64,000 nt of DNA from an uncultured Gemmatimonadales bacterium. GTDB lineage: Bacteria; Gemmatimonadota; Gemmatimonadetes; Gemmatimonadales; Gemmatimonadaceae. Below are positions 22,644-33,307 of the stretch, piece after piece. Made by a program: the position numbers and the translations under genes. The notes beneath the pieces are model-generated. The model made no database searches. It was not told where the DNA came from and was given only the letters and a program-made list of their open reading frames with translations. Every line of letters begins with the position of its first letter. Position 1 is the stretch's first letter. The DNA is taken from the NCBI GenBank assembly GCA_963793305.1, contig CAWBZV010000002.1, forward strand, positions 352,001 to 416,000. Reading direction: 5' to 3'.

Positions 22644-24544
22644 GCTTTCTCTCTCCTTTATTGTTGGTTCTCGGCGCGGGCGCGATCGTGCCGCTGCTCC
22701 TGCATCTCATGCGGCGGCGTACGGGCGTTCGCATCGAATTTCCGGCCGCGCGATACCTGGCCCGCGCCGAACAGGAGCATAGCCGCCAGCTCAAGCTGCG
22801 CCATCTCCTGCTGATGCTGCTGCGCGTACTCGCGATCACGTGCATCGCGCTGGCCGCGGCCCGGCCTGTCAGTCGGCTGATTCCCCAGGGCGGCGCGCAC
22901 GCACCCGCCGCCGTCGCGATCGTACTCGACAACTCGCTCAGCGCATCGGCGATCGTCGGTGGTCGGTCGGTGCTGGACGGACTCAAGGACGGCGCCGCCA
23001 CGGCGATCAGTCGACTCTCGGGATCCGACCGGGCCTGGCTCATCACCGCTGACGGTGCAGTGCAGGGAGGCACTCCCGCCTCGGTGCGCGCCGCGCTGGC
23101 GCGAGTCAAACCGCTCGGCGGCGCTGGAGATCCACCGGCCGCGGTTGCTCGGGCGGCATCGCTCGTGAGCAATGCCGCCCGCACCACAGCAGGCGATGCG
23201 GTCGTCGGCGTGTTGACCAATGGCCAGGCAACCACGTGGGGCCAAACCGGCCCAGGCGTCGACGCCGGGGCCGCCCGCGTGATCGTGCTCGTTCCCGCTC
23301 TTCCGCCACCGCCCAATCACGCCGTCACCAATGTCGAGGCACGGCCCACCCGGTGGACGCCTCGCGGCGAGGTCGCGGTGCGATTCAGCGGCGTCGCTGA
23401 CTCCGCGACGTATCGCATCGATCTTGGGACCCGCACGCTGGCGCGAGGCACCGTCTCGTCCGACGCAGCCGTGTCGGTGCACGCGGCGCCGCCCGAGCGG
23501 GGATGGGTAGGTGGGAGTGTCGAGCTCGAGCCCGATGAGTTGCGCGCCGACGATATTCGACACTTCGCCGTCTGGATCGGGCCACCGCCGGCGATCGCGA
23601 TCGACTCCGGCGTCGGTCCATTCGCCACTGGGGCCCTTGCCACGTTGACGTCAACGAGCCGCGCGATTCCAGACAAGAATGGGGTCGCGATCGTGCCCGC
23701 GGACCGCTTGACCACCCTGCCGGCGGTCATCATCGCACCATCTGATCCGGTGCGCCTCGGTGCCGCCAATCGCGCCTTGGAGCGCGCCGGCATACCATGG
23801 CGATTCGGGGCGCTTCGCGTAGGCGCTGCCGAGCGTGTCGATGGCATCGTCGTCGGCGGCGATACCGCGCGCGCGGATGCCAATGTGTCGGTCAGCCAGC
23901 GATATCCGCTCGGCGCGCATGGCGTATCGGCGAGCGATACGCTGGCGCGGGCTGGAGGAGCGCCATGGGTTGTCGCCGGAGCCGGATATGTCCTCATTGC
24001 GTCCGCGCTCGATCCGGCGGCGACCTCATTTCCGGTGCGGGCGTCGTTCGTGCCCTGGCTCGATGCCGTCCTGAGCCAGCGCCTCGGCGCGAGCGCTGGC
24101 GGAGCGATCATTCACGCGGTTCCCGGCGCCACGGTCCCGCGGCCGGACTGGGCCAATGAGTTGGAGGCGCCCGACGGAACGCGTCGTGCGCTCGTGGGAG
24201 CGAAGATCGCGCTACCGGCGACGGCCGGTGTGTACTTCCTGCGGCGCGGCGGCGCGCGTGCTGGTGCCGTCGTCGCGGATGCCGAGGCTCGCGAATCGGA
24301 TCTCCGGCGCCTCTCGGCCGCCGCGTTGTCCGGCCGGTTCAAGGCGACTGGCGGGGCGCGCATGTACACCGACCGCTCGGCGTGGACCGACGCGGTGTTC
24401 GCCGGCAACGGATCGCGCTCGGTTCTGGCGCCCCTCCTCGCGCTCGCGCTGTTGGCGCTCATCACGGAGTCGGCTCTGGCTCGACGGTGGTCGCAACCCG
24501 AACGCGGCGCGGAGGGCCGCCGGGTGGCTCAGCGGGCGGCTTAA
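22640..24544 (+). CDS. BatA N-terminal + VWA domain membrane protein
   Basis: VPLLLHL..FPAARYL..LLMLLR..AAARP; VLDNSLS; C-terminal TM helix. Confidence 0.85.
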   Translation: MSFLSPLLLVLGAGAIVPLLLHLMRRRTGVRIEFPAARYLARAEQEHSRQLKLRHLLLMLLRVLAITCIALAAARPVSRLIPQGGAHAPAAVAIVLDNSLSASAIVGGRSVLDGLKDGAATAISRLSGSDRAWLITADGAVQGGTPASVRAALARVKPLGGAGDPPAAVARAASLVSNAARTTAGDAVVGVLTNGQATTWGQTGPGVDAGAARVIVLVPALPPPPNHAVTNVEARPTRWTPRGEVAVRFSGVADSATYRIDLGTRTLARGTVSSDAAVSVHAAPPERGWVGGSVELEPDELRADDIRHFAVWIGPPPAIAIDSGVGPFATGALATLTSTSRAIPDKNGVAIVPADRLTTLPAVIIAPSDPVRLGAANRALERAGIPWRFGALRVGAAERVDGIVVGGDTARADANVSVSQRYPLGAHGVSASDTLARAGGAPWVVAGAGYVLIASALDPAATSFPVRASFVPWLDAVLSQRLGASAGGAIIHAVPGATVPRPDWANELEAPDGTRRALVGAKIALPATAGVYFLRRGGARAGAVVADAEARESDLRRLSAAALSGRFKATGGARMYTDRSAWTDAVFAGNGSRSVLAPLLALALLALITESALARRWSQPERGAEGRRVAQRAA

Positions 24545-24546
24545 AA

Positions 24547-27500
24547 GTGGCGTTACCGCTTCTGCTCGACGCGGTCGAGCACCTCAGCGCCTTCACGCGG
24601 CTGATCAACACGCTGCCCTCGCCCGCCACGCGCGAGCGGGTTGGCGGGCTCGCGGGGTCGGGCGACGCCGTGCTCGTCGCGGCGCTCGCGCGTCGGCTGC
24701 CCGGCCGGTTCATTACCGTCGTCACCCAAGGGCTGCCGGAGGCCGAGCGCTGGCTGGCCGATCTCCAATCACTGACCGGCGACACGCCAGTTGCCCTGTA
24801 TCCGCCGCGCGAAGGCTTCGGCGAAGCTGAGCCCCACGCGGAGGTCGCCGGCGAGCGCGTCGAAACCCTCGAACGCGTGGGTCACGGCGCCGTCCGCGTC
24901 CTCCTGACGACCGCCCGCGCGATTCTCGAACGCACGCGGTTGCCACGCGCGGTGCAGCAGGCGCGCGTCGAGCTCCGCCAGGGTGACCAACGTCGTCCGG
25001 AAGATCTCGCGGCCCACCTGGATCGCATTGGCTTTGAGCGCGTCCCGATGGTGGAGGATGTCGCCCAGTACTCGATCCGCGGCGGCATCTTCGACATCTA
25101 CTCCTTCGGGATGGCGGACCCGGTTCGCCTCGAGTTCTGGGGCGACGAGATCATCGAGCTCCGCCACTTCGATCTGCTGAGCCAACGCTCGACTCGCGCC
25201 GCCGAGGTTGCGCTCGTGCTCCCCGTCGATGGTCGTGTCTCCGAAGAGACGGGTGAGTTCGATCGCGTGACGCTGGCCGAGCTCTGGCCGCCGGACACGA
25301 TTGTCTTCATCCCGCGCGACACCGCGCTCGAGCCCGAGCTCCGTCGGACGTGGGACGAAGCCCAACACCATATCGACCTCGCCCGCCGCCGCGGGGAAGA
25401 CGTCACATCGCGCGATGAGCTCTATCAATCCCCGGCGGATGCGCTGCATACCCTGGCGCGCTTCGGCACGATCCTCGACGGCGGCACGGCCGATGCCGGC
25501 GCGCTCATGTTCCCGCTCCGACCGCCCGAGGCGATCGATCGCGACATGGGTCGCCTCGTGCGTTTGGTTGGCGATGGCGTCCCGACGTTGATCCTGTGCG
25601 ACAACGCCGGTCAGGCCGAGCGACTCGAAGAGCTGCTGTCCGATGGTCGTTCGGCGGGTACGCCGGCGACGCTGGTCGTTGGCGTATTGGACGGCGGGTT
25701 CTTGATCCCGCCGTCGACGGGCGACGGCCTTCGCCTGCTCACGGATCACGAGATCTTCCGGCGTGAGCGCCGCATCCGTCGCGCGCGCAAGTACGGCAGT
25801 GCGATCTCGCTCGAGACGATCACGGCGCTCAAGCCGGGCGACTACGTCGTGCATCTGGAGCACGGCGTCGGGATCTACCGCGGGATCGAGACGATCTTCG
25901 TCAAGGAGAGCACGGTCGAGGTCGCGGTCGTCGAGTACGAGGGCGGTGATCGACTCAACGTCCCCTTGTATCGGATCGATCAGCTCGAGCGCTATCGCGC
26001 GGCGAACGACGTCTCATCCGAGGCGCCGCCGCCCCGGCTGCACAAGCTCGGCGGCCGGCGCTGGGCGCAGCAACGCGATCGCACCCGCGCCGCGATTCGC
26101 GAGATGACGGCCGAGTTGCTCGATCTATACGCACGGCGGCAGGTGGCCAATCGGCCGCCGCATGCACCCGATGGGGCGTGGCAGCGCCAACTCGAATCGT
26201 CGTTTCTGTTCGAAGACACGCCGGATCAACGCAAAGCCACGACCGACGTCAAAGGCGACATGGAGCGCTCACGCCCCATGGACCGGCTGCTCGTCGGCGA
26301 CGTCGGGTATGGCAAAACAGAAATCGCGGTGCGCGCGGCGTTCAAAGCCGTCCAATCCGGCCGCCAAGTGGCCGTCCTGGTCCCCACGACGATCCTCGCC
26401 GACCAACACCTGCGCACATTCGGCGATCGTCTCGCCGATTTTCCGATTCGGGTCGCCGCGCTGAGTCGCTTTCAGACCCCTCAAGAGCAAGACCAAGCGC
26501 TGGCCGATCTGAAATCCAAGAAGCTCGATATCGTGATCGGCACCCATCGCTTATTGAGCCCGGACGTCACGTTCTCCGATCTGGGGCTCATCGTCGTCGA
26601 CGAGGAACATCGCTTCGGCGTGCGGCACAAGGAGCGGCTGAAGCAACTCCGGCTCGATACGGACGTGTTGACGTTGACCGCGACGCCGATTCCGCGGACG
26701 CTGCACCTGTCGCTCGCCGGCCTCCGCGACATGACGCTGATGCAGACGCCGCCGCGTGACCGCTCGCCGGTGCTCACGTTTGTCGAGCCGTTCGATGATG
26801 GCTTGATCGAAGAGGGCATCGGTCGTGAGCTCGACCGCGGGGGCCAGGTGTTCTTCGTGCACAACCGGATCGAGACGATCACGGGCATGGCCGATCATGT
26901 CCAACGACTCGTGCCACGAGCGCGCGTCGCGATCGGCCACGGCCAGATGCGCGAGAAGGATCTCGAGGACGTCATGCGGCGGTTCGTGAACGGTGAGGTC
27001 GATGTACTGGTCTCCACGATGATCGTGGAGTCGGGCCTCGACGTGCCAAACGCCAACACCATGTTCGTCAATCGCGCCGACCAGTTTGGTCTCGCCCAGT
27101 TGTATCAGTTGCGCGGCCGCGTGGGCCGGTCGCACCGTCGCGCCTATTGCTACTTGATGGTGCCGGATAGTGTCGACCCGGATGCCGAGCGGCGGTTGCA
27201 GGTACTGGAGCACCACACGGAGCTCGGGTCGGGATATCGGGTCGCGCTCAAAGACATGGAGCTCCGAGGAGCGGGCAATATCCTGGGCCCCGAGCAGTCG
27301 GGCTTTGTGCAAGCGGTGGGATTTGACATGTATCTCCGCATGCTCGACGAGCAGGTGCGAAGGCTCCAACGAGGCGACGGTGCGGCCAAGCTGGTGCCGT
27401 CGGATGTCTCGGTGGATATCCCGGCCTATCTCCCGGACACGTACATCCCATCGCAAGACGCGAAGCTCGATGTCTACCGGCGCCTCACCCGCATGGATGA

Positions 27501-27841
27501 TCCGGCGGAGATCGACGCCTTGAAATCCGAGGTCCGCGACCGGTTCGGACCGCTGCCACCGCCGGCCGAGGCGTTTTTTGCGGTCGCCGTATTGAGAATC
27601 GTTGGGGGGATTTTGCGCATCGAAGGGATCCTGGTGCGGGGGGAGGATGCGCGTATTACGTTTCGCGAGGACGCCGTACCCAGGCTCAAGGGGCTATCAG
27701 CCGCCTTCCACGACGTACAATTCCAGACCGAACGTCCGCCGCACGCAGCCGCTGTCACTGAAGCTCACCCGGTTGGGTGGCGTCGAGCTGCTGGACGGTG
27801 TGGTCCGAGCGCTCCGCAGCCTCACATCTTCAATCACTTGA
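24547..27841 (+). CDS. mfd: Transcription-repair coupling factor (frameshift at ~27731)
   Basis: GDYVVHLEHGVG, GDVGYGKTE, DEEHRFGV, TATPIPRTL, QLRGRVGRS. Confidence 0.96.
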
Positions 27842-27845
27842 CACT

Positions 27846-29330
27846 ATGAATCGCCGTTTCGCCCTGTTTCCCTTGAGCGCTCTCATCCTCGCCGCTGGTT
27901 GCGGTGCTTTCAGCGAGGCGATGAGCGCGCACGTCGACGTGGCGGCGCGCGCCGGCTCCCAAGAGCTGTCGGTCGACCGTTTGGCGTCACTGCTGGCGCA
28001 TGCCAAGGCGCCGCTCCAGAAAGAACTGGCGCACCAACTGACCGACCTGTGGGTCGACTATCAGCTGCTGGCGGAAGCCGCCGCGCGCGGCGATTCGCTG
28101 AACAGCGCCAAGGATCAGGATGAGGCGCTCTGGGCGGTGATCGGCTCGGCGCGTGCCAGAAAGTGGCTGGAGATCGTGTCGAAGACGTGGGGCGGTAACG
28201 ATACCGCGCAGTACGCGGCAAAGTACGCGTCCGGCGACCTGCTGTCGGCACGTCACATTCTGATCATGGCGCCGCGCGGCGATACATCGAAGACCGCGCA
28301 GGACTCGGTCCGCCGGAAGGCCGAAGCGATTCGCGCCAAGGTGACGAAGACCAACTTCGCCCAGATGGCGAGTGAGAACAGCCAGGACCCGGGCTCGGCT
28401 CGGCAGGGCGGTGATCTCAAAGTGTTCCAGAAAGGCCAGATGGTGCCGGAGTTCGAGAAGGCCATCGTGGCGACCACGCCGGGTCAGGTCACAGCGGGTG
28501 TCGTGAAGACTCAGTTCGGTTACCACATCATATATCGCCCGACGTTCGACGAAGTGAAGGGTGAGGTCGCCCAGGCGGCGGGCGGTCGCCAGAAGCAGGT
28601 CGCCGAGAGCACGTACCTGGCCAAGCTCGATTCGAATGGCCACATCAACGTCCTGCCGAACGCCGTCACCACGGTCAAGGCCGTCGCCAGCGACATCGAT
28701 GCGCACAAGAGCGACAAGACGGTCGTGGCGACGTTGATCAATGGTGATTTCACGTCGGCCGATCTCGCCCACTGGTTGTCGCTGTTCCCGGCGGCGCAGC
28801 GCTCGCGCCTCACCACCGACGTGCCGGACTCGCAGGTGCCGATGATCGTCAAAGGCTTCATCCGGAATGAGCTCGTCATGCGCCAGGCCGACAGCGCCAA
28901 GGTGACGCTCGACTCGGCCCAGCAGGCAGATATTCACAAGCAATACGAAGGGCTCGTCACGAGCTCGTGGAGCGCGCTTGGCGTGGATCCGAAGGCGCTC
29001 TCCGACAGCGCCAAAGCGGTCCCGGCCAGAGAGCGGATCGCGGCCGCGCACATCGACTCGTACCTGGATAAGCTGCTGTCGCAGACCCCGGGCGTGCGTT
29101 TCGTCGAGGTTCCGACGCCGCTCGAAGACGTGCTGCGGCAGCAATATGAGTTCAAGCTGAACGAGGCGGGTATCGATCGCGCGCTGGCTCGGGCTACGGC
29201 CGAGCGGCATACGACCGATTCCGCGAAGTCGGCGTCGGAGCCGGCGTCAGCGGTCCCACTCCCTGGCATGGTCCCGGCTACCCCAGCACCACAGGGGAGC
29301 CCTAACCCGAACACGCCGCCGAAACACTGA
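27846..29330 (+). CDS. Parvulin-type peptidylprolyl isomerase lipoprotein
   Basis: Lipobox AAGC; ARHILI, SQDPGSARQGGDL, MVPEFE, TQFGYHII. Confidence 0.88.
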   Translation: MNRRFALFPLSALILAAGCGAFSEAMSAHVDVAARAGSQELSVDRLASLLAHAKAPLQKELAHQLTDLWVDYQLLAEAAARGDSLNSAKDQDEALWAVIGSARARKWLEIVSKTWGGNDTAQYAAKYASGDLLSARHILIMAPRGDTSKTAQDSVRRKAEAIRAKVTKTNFAQMASENSQDPGSARQGGDLKVFQKGQMVPEFEKAIVATTPGQVTAGVVKTQFGYHIIYRPTFDEVKGEVAQAAGGRQKQVAESTYLAKLDSNGHINVLPNAVTTVKAVASDIDAHKSDKTVVATLINGDFTSADLAHWLSLFPAAQRSRLTTDVPDSQVPMIVKGFIRNELVMRQADSAKVTLDSAQQADIHKQYEGLVTSSWSALGVDPKALSDSAKAVPARERIAAAHIDSYLDKLLSQTPGVRFVEVPTPLEDVLRQQYEFKLNEAGIDRALARATAERHTTDSAKSASEPASAVPLPGMVPATPAPQGSPNPNTPPKH

Positions 29331-29353
29331 GCCACCCTCGCGGGTATTTGCCA

Positions 29354-30991
29354 ATGATGCATTTGCATTGGCTCGTCCTGTTGGCCCCGGCCGTTTGTCT
29401 GGCCCAACAGTCGCCACCGCCCCCTCCGGATACCACCCACCCGGGGCCGACGGTCATCCAGACCGAGGTCAAGTCGGTCTCGCTGCCGATGAGCGCGACG
29501 GCCCCAGGGTCGGCGGCGACGGCTGCCGCCGCGGCTGCCGTCGTTCCACCGTCGTCCTCGGCTCCGCCGGCGACCTCCGTATCAACTCGACCGGAGACGC
29601 CGGCAGCGTCGGCCGCCGACTCCGCGAGCGCGGCAGCCCCGGCCGGACCGCGGGCGCCCGATCTGCCTGTCGGTACCGTTATTCCGCTGGAACGTGTCGT
29701 CGCCGTCGTGGGCGATCAGGCAGTGCTCTGGAGCAGCGTGCTCGAGAACATCAACGTGAAGAAGGCCGAGGGCATGCCGATCCCTGAGGACTCGGTCGGC
29801 CAGATGACGCTTATCACCCAGGTCGTGAACGATCTCGTCGACCAGGAGCTGCTCGTTCAAAAGGCGAAGGATCTCAAAGTCGACGTTGCCGACGAGGATG
29901 TGGCCGCCGGTGTCGACAACCAGATCAAGCGCGTGCGCAGTCAGTTTGCGAGCGACGCCGAATACAAATCAGAGCTCAAGAAAGCAGGCTTTGGGACACC
30001 CGAGGAGTATCGAAAGGGGCTCCTGGAGCAGGCGAAGCGTAGTGAGCTCCAGCGTCGCGTGGTCCAGAAGCTCAAAGAGGACGGCAAGCTGATTCCGGTG
30101 AACGTATCGGAGAAGGAAGTGTCCGACGCGTTCGACCAGCACCGCAGTAGCCTCCCGCACCGCCCAGCCGCAGTCACGTTCCGTCAGATCGTGATCGCGC
30201 CCAAGCCCTCGGCGGCCGCGAAGGCACTGGCGCACGCCAAGGCCGATACGCTGCTCGCGGATCTCAAACACGGCGCCGACTTCGCCGAGCTGGCAAAGCG
30301 GGCATCCGACGAAGCCTCCACGCGCGAGACCGGCGGCGACCTCGGCTGGAACCGCCGTGGCAACATGGTACCCGAGTTCGACAGGTGGATGTTCGCGCTG
30401 CCGCCGGGACAAATGAGCCCGGTCATCGAGACGACCTTTGGGTTCCACATTATCAAGGTCGATCGCGTGCGCCCGGGCGAGGTCAAGGCCAGCCAGATCC
30501 TGATCAAGTGGAAAATCGACTCGGGCCAGGTGGTCGCCGCGCGCGCCGAGGCGGATAGCGTGCTCCGCCAGTGGCGGAACGGTACGGTCTTCGACACGCT
30601 GGTTGCCAAGTACCACGATCCGAACGAGGAGAAGGGGAGTCTGCAGCCGTTCCCGCGTGACTCCCTGCCGCCCACCTATCAGGCCGCGTTTGCCGGGCAC
30701 GTCAGCCGTGATTTCGTGGGGCCGTTCCCGATCCCCGATCGCGTCACTGGTTCGCAGAAGTTTGTCATCGCCGAGATTCTCGACACGCAGGAAGGCGGCG
30801 ACTATACCGTTGCGGACCTCAAGCAAACGATCCGCGCGCAGCTGCAGGAGGAGCGCTCGTTCCGGCGGCTCCTCGACGGGTTGCGGAAAGACACGTACGT
30901 GTCGATCCGCATCGAGCCACCGACGGCCGAGCCGGCGCCGAAGACGACCAGCCAAAAACCACCAGTTGAAACTGGCGATCACGGTCGGTGA
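29354..30991 (+). CDS. surA: SurA-like chaperone/PPIase
   Basis: ERVVAVVGD SurA N-terminal motif; GGDLGW, TTFGFHII; precedes pdxA. Confidence 0.82.
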   Translation: MMHLHWLVLLAPAVCLAQQSPPPPPDTTHPGPTVIQTEVKSVSLPMSATAPGSAATAAAAAAVVPPSSSAPPATSVSTRPETPAASAADSASAAAPAGPRAPDLPVGTVIPLERVVAVVGDQAVLWSSVLENINVKKAEGMPIPEDSVGQMTLITQVVNDLVDQELLVQKAKDLKVDVADEDVAAGVDNQIKRVRSQFASDAEYKSELKKAGFGTPEEYRKGLLEQAKRSELQRRVVQKLKEDGKLIPVNVSEKEVSDAFDQHRSSLPHRPAAVTFRQIVIAPKPSAAAKALAHAKADTLLADLKHGADFAELAKRASDEASTRETGGDLGWNRRGNMVPEFDRWMFALPPGQMSPVIETTFGFHIIKVDRVRPGEVKASQILIKWKIDSGQVVAARAEADSVLRQWRNGTVFDTLVAKYHDPNEEKGSLQPFPRDSLPPTYQAAFAGHVSRDFVGPFPIPDRVTGSQKFVIAEILDTQEGGDYTVADLKQTIRAQLQEERSFRRLLDGLRKDTYVSIRIEPPTAEPAPKTTSQKPPVETGDHGR

Positions 30992-31817
30992 TCCTCGGGG
31001 CATAGGCCCCGAGGTCGTCGCGGCCGCGCTCGCCGATCCCCGCGTCACGTCGGCCGCGGAGTATGTCGTGATAGGCTCGCATGCGGCCGCGGCCCTCCCA
31101 GCGCCCGATGCCGGTCGTCGCGCTGGCGAGGCCGTGGTGCGAGCGGTCGAGCTGGCGCTCGCCGGCGAAGTAGACGGAATCGTCACCGCGCCTCTGGACA
31201 AGGCCGCGCTCCTCGCCGGCGGCTACGATTTCCCTGGCCACACGGAAATGCTGGCGGCACTGACGGGCTCGCGGGTGGCGATGATGCTGGCGTCCGATCG
31301 CCTGCGCGTGGTTCTCGCCACCACACACATTCCCCTCCGCGAAGTCCCCGACGCCGTGACCCGGTCTGCCATCACCTCGACCGCCGACATCACCCGATCA
31401 GGGCTCCGCGATTGGTTCGGCGTCGCCGAGCCAAGGCTAGCCCTCTGCGCGCTCAACCCTCACGCGGGCGACGGCGGACGCTTCGGCGACGAAGATGATC
31501 GCGTCCTCGCACCAGCGGCGCGGGAAGCCGGTCTGGCGGGCCCATTTCCGGCAGACACAGTATTTGTGCGCGCGATACGTGGCGAATTCGACGCTGTGAT
31601 CGCACCGTATCATGATGTGGGCATGACCGCAATCAAAGTCGCGTCGTTTGGCGAAGCGGTGAACGTCACCCTCGGCCTGCCGTTCCCACGCACGTCGCCA
31701 GATCATGGTACGGCACTGGATATCGCCGGGCGTGGAATCGCGGACCCATTGAGCATGATCGCGGCCGTACTCACGTGTGCCGCCATTGTGAATAGAAGAT
31801 GCGCCGCGCGCTCGTAG
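30966..31817 (+). CDS. pdxA: 4-hydroxythreonine-4-phosphate dehydrogenase
   Basis: AITVGDPRGIGPEV, GHTE, LNPHAG, PADT, YHD, RTSPDHGTA. Confidence 0.94.
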   Translation: MKLAITVGDPRGIGPEVVAAALADPRVTSAAEYVVIGSHAAAALPAPDAGRRAGEAVVRAVELALAGEVDGIVTAPLDKAALLAGGYDFPGHTEMLAALTGSRVAMMLASDRLRVVLATTHIPLREVPDAVTRSAITSTADITRSGLRDWFGVAEPRLALCALNPHAGDGGRFGDEDDRVLAPAAREAGLAGPFPADTVFVRAIRGEFDAVIAPYHDVGMTAIKVASFGEAVNVTLGLPFPRTSPDHGTALDIAGRGIADPLSMIAAVLTCAAIVNRRCAARS

Positions 31818-33307
31818 TTCTTCTCACCGTTGGTTGTATCAGCGTGCGTCCAGAGCCGCGTCCCACACCCGCGGCCACACCTCCGGCGACAGGGCCAGCG
31901 CAGACGGCTGTACAATGGTCGGCAGACAGCGCCGTCGTTCGCGCGCTGATCGCCGAAGGGATGACGCACTCGCACGTGAGCACGGATCTCGCGTACCTGT
32001 CCGACGTTATCGGCCCCCGCCTGACGGGTTCGGCCAGCCTGCGCCAAGCGAACGACTGGACGCGCGACAAATTCCACGAATACGGGGCCGACAGCGAGTG
32101 GACCGAAGCGTGGACGTTCGGCCAAGGCTGGGAACGCGGCCCGATCACGTTGACGATGGTCGCGCCTCACGTGCAGCCGATTTTCGGCGCGTCGTGGGCC
32201 TGGGCTCCGGGCACCGACGGCCCGGTGACCGGCCCGGTGGTGATTGTCGACGCGACATTGCCAGCCGACTTCACGAAGCGGTTCGGCGGCCAGCTCAAAG
32301 GCGCCTGGGTGATGATCCGCCCGCCGGTGCCGCTCACGAACCCGGACGGGCCGACGATGACGCACGCCGACAGCGTGCGCGCCGACTCGGCCCTCAAAGC
32401 GTGGTCGAAGCTGGCCGACGATCAGCGCAGATCTATCGCCCAACTCCCAACGCTTTTGGCCGCCGAACATTGTCTCGGGATACTACAAGATGGTGCAAAA
32501 GATTTCGGGCTCCTGACGATGAGCGGCACGCCTCACGCGCTCGACCCGATCGCGCACGTGGTCATCCCGCACGAGACGTACACGATGTTCTATCGTCTGC
32601 GCCAAGCCGGCCAGCCGGTCAGGCTGCGGGCTGATATCACGAACACGCTGACCGTCGACACGTTGACGGCCTACAACACGGTCGCCGAGATCCGCGGAAC
32701 CGCCCATCCCGACGAAGTCGTCCTGCTCGGCGCCCACCTCGATTCGTGGGACCTCGGTACCGGTACGACCGACAATGGCGCGGGCGCGATCGCCGTCCTG
32801 GAAGCCGCGCGCATTCTTGCCGCCGCGCACGTTCGCCCGGTGCGCACCATTCGATTCGCGCTATTTACCGGCGAGGAACAGGGGCTCCTCGGCTCCACGG
32901 CCTACGTGAGCGACCACGAAGACGAGCTGGCGAAATTCCAAGCCGTTCTCGTGCTCGACAACGGGTCCGGCCGCATCACGGGCGTGGCGCTGCAGGGTCG
33001 CAACGAGCTGCACAACGCGTGGGATGCGTTGTTCGCTCCGGTTGCCTCACTGGGTCCATTCGCGGTGCGCGCGCAGAGTAAGGGTGGCACCGACCATCTG
33101 TCGTTCCTGCCGTACGGCGTGCCGAGCTTCAACTACGATCAGCTGACGCGCGGGTACAATCACACGCACCATTCGCAGGTCGACACGTTCGACCATGCCG
33201 TTCCGGATGATCTCGCGCAAGCGGCGACCGTCATGGCGGTCAATGCATACGAGTTGGCTAACGCGCCGGCGCTTCTGGCTCGTGGTCAGACGGCGGAAGG
33301 TCCGTAG
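31799..33307 (+). CDS. M28 family peptidase (carboxypeptidase Q-like) lipoprotein
   Basis: IGPRLTGS, GAHLDSWD, TDNGAG, GEEQGLLGS, TDHLSF, HHSQVDT. Confidence 0.9.
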   Translation: MRRALVVLLTVGCISVRPEPRPTPAATPPATGPAQTAVQWSADSAVVRALIAEGMTHSHVSTDLAYLSDVIGPRLTGSASLRQANDWTRDKFHEYGADSEWTEAWTFGQGWERGPITLTMVAPHVQPIFGASWAWAPGTDGPVTGPVVIVDATLPADFTKRFGGQLKGAWVMIRPPVPLTNPDGPTMTHADSVRADSALKAWSKLADDQRRSIAQLPTLLAAEHCLGILQDGAKDFGLLTMSGTPHALDPIAHVVIPHETYTMFYRLRQAGQPVRLRADITNTLTVDTLTAYNTVAEIRGTAHPDEVVLLGAHLDSWDLGTGTTDNGAGAIAVLEAARILAAAHVRPVRTIRFALFTGEEQGLLGSTAYVSDHEDELAKFQAVLVLDNGSGRITGVALQGRNELHNAWDALFAPVASLGPFAVRAQSKGGTDHLSFLPYGVPSFNYDQLTRGYNHTHHSQVDTFDHAVPDDLAQAATVMAVNAYELANAPALLARGQTAEGP

